From: Planctomycetota bacterium | GTDB lineage: Bacteria > Planctomycetota > JAJSAM01 > JAJVHW01 | Reading direction: 5' to 3' | NCBI GenBank assembly: GCA_965248445.1 | Contig: CBDFJG010000003.1 | Coordinates: 1,664,001-1,728,000, forward strand | Length of the DNA stretch: 64,000 nt | Shown here: positions 60,679-64,000 of the stretch, in pieces | Layout of the letters: every line of letters begins with the position of its first letter | Position numbering within the stretch: position 1 is the first letter of the stretch | Position numbers and translations under genes: made by a program | The notes under the pieces: model-generated | Told to the model about the DNA's origin: nothing | The model's database searches: none | The model's input: only the letters and a program-made list of their open reading frames with translations

Positions 60679-61050
60679 ATGCCAAGACCTTGGCTCAGGA
60701 CCACACTCGCCGTCGGAGTTGTCATCTCGCTTGCGACGCTGGCCGTCGCTCACGGCGGAGGTCTCGACTCGCAGGGCGGCCACAACGACCGCAGTGCTGG
60801 CACGTACCACTTCCACCGCGGAGCGCTCGCGGGACGATCGTTCTCGTCGAAGTCTGCGGCCGCCACGGCGCTGCGGAAGCACAACGCTGCCGCGGCAAGC
60901 ACCGCTGACGACAAGGCGGCAGACAACGATCCAAAGCGCGTGCTGACGCGCGCCACTACGGCGAAGAAGGTGGACGCGCTGATCGCCGTGCTGGTGCGGA
61001 AGGGGTCGGTGACTGAGAGGGAACTCGCGGCTGAACTGAAGAAGCGGTAG
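60679..61050 (+). CDS. Secreted YHYH-motif (His-rich) domain protein
   Basis: Signal peptide then AHGGGLDSQGGHNDRSAGTYHFH. Confidence 0.8.
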   Translation: MPRPWLRTTLAVGVVISLATLAVAHGGGLDSQGGHNDRSAGTYHFHRGALAGRSFSSKSAAATALRKHNAAAASTADDKAADNDPKRVLTRATTAKKVDALIAVLVRKGSVTERELAAELKKR

Positions 61051-61275
61051 CGCCTCGCCTTTCACAGGAAGCGCGTCCGCACGCGCAGCCGTTCCGAGTC
61101 ACCTGACGAGCAGCCTCCGCATCTCCGGCGTTAGTTCCTCGACGATCGCGCTACGGAAGTGTGGGACCTTCTTGGGGCCGACGAACCTGATGGCCGAAAG
61201 CGAGCGCGTTCTCGCGTGCGGCCAAGACGCATCGAGACCTGGCGCGGCGCGGCAAGACCTCGACGAGACTGCGTT

Positions 61276-61755
61276 CGCCGCGGAGAACTCCTCCGCCTGG
61301 AGTGGCGCGACGTGGACTTCGGTCGCCGGATGGTGACGGTTCGAGTCGCGAAGAACGGCCAGCCCCGCGACGTCCCGCTCACACGCCGCGCGACCACTGC
61401 GCTCGCCGATCTCAAGGCGAAGCGCACGATCACCCTGAGCGGCCCTCAGCGCGTGTTCTCGTGGATACCGGAGCAGTGGCCCGGTCATCTTGCGAAGGAC
61501 TACAAGCGGGCCGTGAAGGCGGCTGAGTTGCCGCCTCTGCGCCTCCACGACCTTCGGCACCTTGCCGCTGTGAACCTCGTCAGGAGCGGCACCCCACTGC
61601 CCGACGTGGCGAAGTTGCTCGGGCACAAGACGCTGGCGATGACGTGGCGCTACGCCCGGCACACGCCGGGGGACTCAGCGCTGCTAGCGCGCGACCGGCT
61701 GGAGGCGTACTTGGAGACGGGTGAGAGTGCGGAGCGCAGTACAGCGATCTCCTGA
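61276..61755 (+). pseudogene. Tyrosine recombinase/phage integrase, C-terminal catalytic remnant
   Basis: RRGELLRLEWRDVDF, KNG, RLHDLRH, LLGHKTLAMTWRYA; upstream sequence is not integrase-like. Confidence 0.88.
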
Positions 61756-61771
61756 CCAGTAGACTGTGCGC

Positions 61772-61924
61772 GTGACGACGAACGACCCGCCCTCGAAGCC
61801 CAAGGACGACGAGGAGCCCGCCACGATGGACGTGGAGGAGTTCGACGTGCTCTTGGCGGGGGCGCTCGGTGCCGGTCGGCCAGATTACGAAGACGAACCA
61901 GAGGACGATGACGGAGACGAGTAG
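61772..61924 (+). CDS. Possible small acidic protein (50 aa)
   Basis: GTG...TAG ORF MTTNDPPSKPKDDEEPATMDVEEFDVLL... with GC3-rich codons. Confidence 0.35.
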   Translation: MTTNDPPSKPKDDEEPATMDVEEFDVLLAGALGAGRPDYEDEPEDDDGDE

Positions 61925-62165
61925 GAGAGAAGCGCGCTGGTCGCGCTTTCTCGCCTTGGCGGCTGCCCTCGTCTTGGGCGTGAGCGCGTTCTCGCAGGTG
62001 TTCGCCTGGATCGTGTTCCGCGACCACGAGGAGGAGGCGATCCTGTCGGACTTCGTGGGCGGCGTCCTGCTGTTCGAGTTCTGGGTCGCGCCCTGGGTCA
62101 CGCTTGCCGCGTTCGTGCTACTCGTCGCGTCACTCTGCGTCGCCGGGAAGTGGACCCGCCGGTAA
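61908..62165 (+). CDS. Small two-TM membrane protein
   Basis: GAGGA RBS, two hydrophobic helices. Confidence 0.55.
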   Translation: MTETSRREARWSRFLALAAALVLGVSAFSQVFAWIVFRDHEEEAILSDFVGGVLLFEFWVAPWVTLAAFVLLVASLCVAGKWTRR

Positions 62166-62364
62166 CGCCGTCACGCTCGTGGGTTCGGGAACGACATCCC
62201 GCGTTCGGTACACGTCCGGTGGCGGTGCCGCGGGCTAGCGGCTACTTCCCCGGCTACTTATTGAGCACGTTTGAAGGCGTCACGGCGCACGCACGAGGAT
62301 GCGCGAACGCGCCAATTGCGAGACTGGAGCGACCAAAGTGGGCTCGCAACCGCAGGCTTCGAGC

Positions 62365-62405
62365 GGATTTTGAATCCTACGCGTCTGCCATTCCGCCACT
62401 CCGGC
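62365..62405 (-). pseudogene. 5' half of tRNA-Leu(CAA); probable att-site remnant
   Basis: Minus strand reads GCCGGAGTGGCGGAATGGCAGACGCGTAGGATTCAAAATCC, then diverges with no intact T-arm or acceptor 3' strand. Confidence 0.85.
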
Positions 62406-62508
62406 CTGGTTGCAAGGCCTTACCTCTAGCGGAACCCGCGCAGACTGAGAAGCGCCCGCCGAGCGGGAGCCAGTTCACCTCCCGCCGGGGCCCGGGTGGT
62501 CGTGCGCG

Positions 62509-63171
62509 CTAGACGCCGCGCGTGCGGATGCTGCGCCTGCGCCGCGTCCACGCCAGCCCGGTGAGACCGAGGGCGAGGAGCGCAACGGTCGAAGGCTCGG
62601 GGACGGGGACGATGGCGGCGTCCGAGACGATCATCCAACCGAGAATTGAGTTTGGTGGCTGGGCGGTAGTCTGAGAAATGCCCGCGAAGCTGGAAGTAAG
62701 CTGCAGGTAATCACGCGTGGAGTTGGCGCGGACACTTCCGTCCGGGTCCGACCACACGAGCGTTTGGCTAGCAAGGTACGTATAGCCTAGGGCCGCGGAC
62801 AACGTGCCGGCGTCGTAGTTGGTACCGGTCGAAAGCGCTAAGCTGGAACCACTGGTGAACGCGTCGCTTGCGGTGAGGGATCCGTTGTACGAAATCCCTG
62901 CCGCCGCAAAGAGGTCGTCCCACTCCGCGCTCGTTGCCAGTCGCGCATTCGCGTAGGTCCCCTGGGCGTTGGCGAGAGCGGCCGAGAGGGTCAAACCTTC
63001 GCTGTAGGACATGTCGAGGAAGCGCAGGCCATCTGACGCATTCCCGGTATCGTCGATGATGTTCAGGTCGCCGACTTCCATGATGTCAGCCCGCGCAGAC
63101 TCGACACCGAACGCGAAGACGCCCAGGGCGACCATCGCGACCGCCACGGCCTTGCTGCTCTTGATTGACAT
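62509..63171 (-). CDS. PEP-CTERM sorting domain protein
   Basis: GGAGG RBS region, signal peptide ending ARA, C-terminal VPEPSTVALLALGLTGLAWTRRRR. Confidence 0.92.
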   Translation of the reverse strand: MSIKSSKAVAVAMVALGVFAFGVESARADIMEVGDLNIIDDTGNASDGLRFLDMSYSEGLTLSAALANAQGTYANARLATSAEWDDLFAAAGISYNGSLTASDAFTSGSSLALSTGTNYDAGTLSAALGYTYLASQTLVWSDPDGSVRANSTRDYLQLTSSFAGISQTTAQPPNSILGWMIVSDAAIVPVPEPSTVALLALGLTGLAWTRRRRSIRTRGV

Positions 63172-63331
63172 GTCTCCGTCCTCCTCAGTGAGCGCAGCCG
63201 CACTGCGCCGCGTTTCCCCACTCGCGCGACGTCCCAACTCGGGCGAGGAGGACGGCCCCAGCCCGTGGACGAGACTCTAGGCAAGTCGTGCCGCTGCGAT
63301 CCAGGGTCTTCTTGAGTCGAGGGTACCGCGG

Positions 63332-64000
63332 CTAGCGGAAGTAGACGCCGGCGCGGCGGAGGTAGTCGAGCACCTTGAAGTCCGTGATGCGCGACCGAAG
63401 GATCGCGACGGAGGGCGCCGGGCGGTCCACCAGCAGGCGGCGTACCGCCTCGACCGTGAGCACCGCGTCCATCGCCGCGGCGTCGCCGGTCGTCAGGATC
63501 ACGCCCTCGCGCTGTTCTGCGATGCGCACGCGGGAAGCCCACTCGCGGATGGAGTACGCGACGTTCTGCGGCACCGGGGTTCGCGCGTTCGCACTCAGGA
63601 AGGCCAGGATCTCCTCGGCGCCGAAGCCCTTGACGACGGCCCGCTCGACCGTCTCCCGCGCGATCCGGTAGTGCGCCACGTGCTCGGACTTCGTGCGCAC
63701 GGCGAACCGGCCGAGCGTGTGCGCGACGACCGGCACGTCTCCCTCGGGGAAGTGGATGACCTCGAAGTCCGGGTTGACGACCAGCGGCTTGGCGACGTCG
63801 ACCTCGAGCGGCGGGCCGAACACGGGGACGTCGGACTCGTCCCCGTCGTCGACTCCGAGCAGCCGCCGGCCGATATCGGTCAGCCGCACGCCGACCGGTG
63901 TGCCGCCGAGGGTCGCGACGTCCACGATCCCGAGCGGATGCAGGCGCCGCAGCAGGTAGTCGCGCAGTTCCTGCGTGACCTGGTCGCCGGTCTCGACCGG
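63332..64000 (-). CDS. 5'-partial XPB/Ssl2-associated helicase N-terminal (Helicase_C_3-like) domain protein
   Basis: LVVNPDFEV, LGRFA, YRIARETVERAV..G...EEIL.FL......VPQNVAYSIREW. Confidence 0.8.
   Translation of the reverse strand, partial: PVETGDQVTQELRDYLLRRLHPLGIVDVATLGGTPVGVRLTDIGRRLLGVDDGDESDVPVFGPPLEVDVAKPLVVNPDFEVIHFPEGDVPVVAHTLGRFAVRTKSEHVAHYRIARETVERAVVKGFGAEEILAFLSANARTPVPQNVAYSIREWASRVRIAEQREGVILTTGDAAAMDAVLTVEAVRRLLVDRPAPSVAILRSRITDFKVLDYLRRAGVYFR

Noticed and set aside
62280..62405. Intact tRNA-Leu gene
   Set aside because: No GTTCRA T-loop or complementary acceptor 3' strand; the anticodon stem is mispaired.
63281..63293. Sigma-54-like CGGCAC-GAC-TTGC upstream of the PEP-CTERM gene (minus strand)
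   Set aside because: Spacing between the GG and GC elements is 2 bp too short for the strict -24/-12 geometry.

Overview
GC-rich bacterial chromosome segment. It is tentatively planctomycete-like, inferred from a PEP-CTERM protein, an ECF-type sigma tail with a long C-terminal extension, carboxypeptidase-regulatory-like repeat proteins and many secreted hypotheticals. Housekeeping and metabolic genes include aceE, an M16 peptidase, an aldo/keto reductase, clpS, FKBP and cyclophilin PPIases, mutM fused to a GNAT domain, DUF368, typA, rlmN, mscS and a 2-hydroxyacid dehydrogenase. Accessory material comprises: a sigma-54 module (GAF-bEBP with an in-frame TGA, AhpD-like and PNPOx-like genes, readable UAS and -24/-12 promoter); a prophage early-gene remnant at about 14.5-21.2 kb interrupted by an IS3-type element; abutting IS1380 and IS1595 elements; an IS66 that truncates a YqjF/DUF2071 gene; and a decayed island end at about 59.3-62.4 kb with two diverged ~150-bp repeats each preceding a cargo gene, a tyrosine-integrase remnant, arm-like repeats and only the 5' half of tRNA-Leu(CAA). 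No CRISPR array, rRNA or intact tRNA was seen. All family calls come from motif recognition by eye, not from database searches. The best candidates for something undescribed are the repeat-delimited cargo genes next to the integrase/tRNA-Leu site, the MutM-GNAT fusion and the repeat-flanked secreted-protein family.
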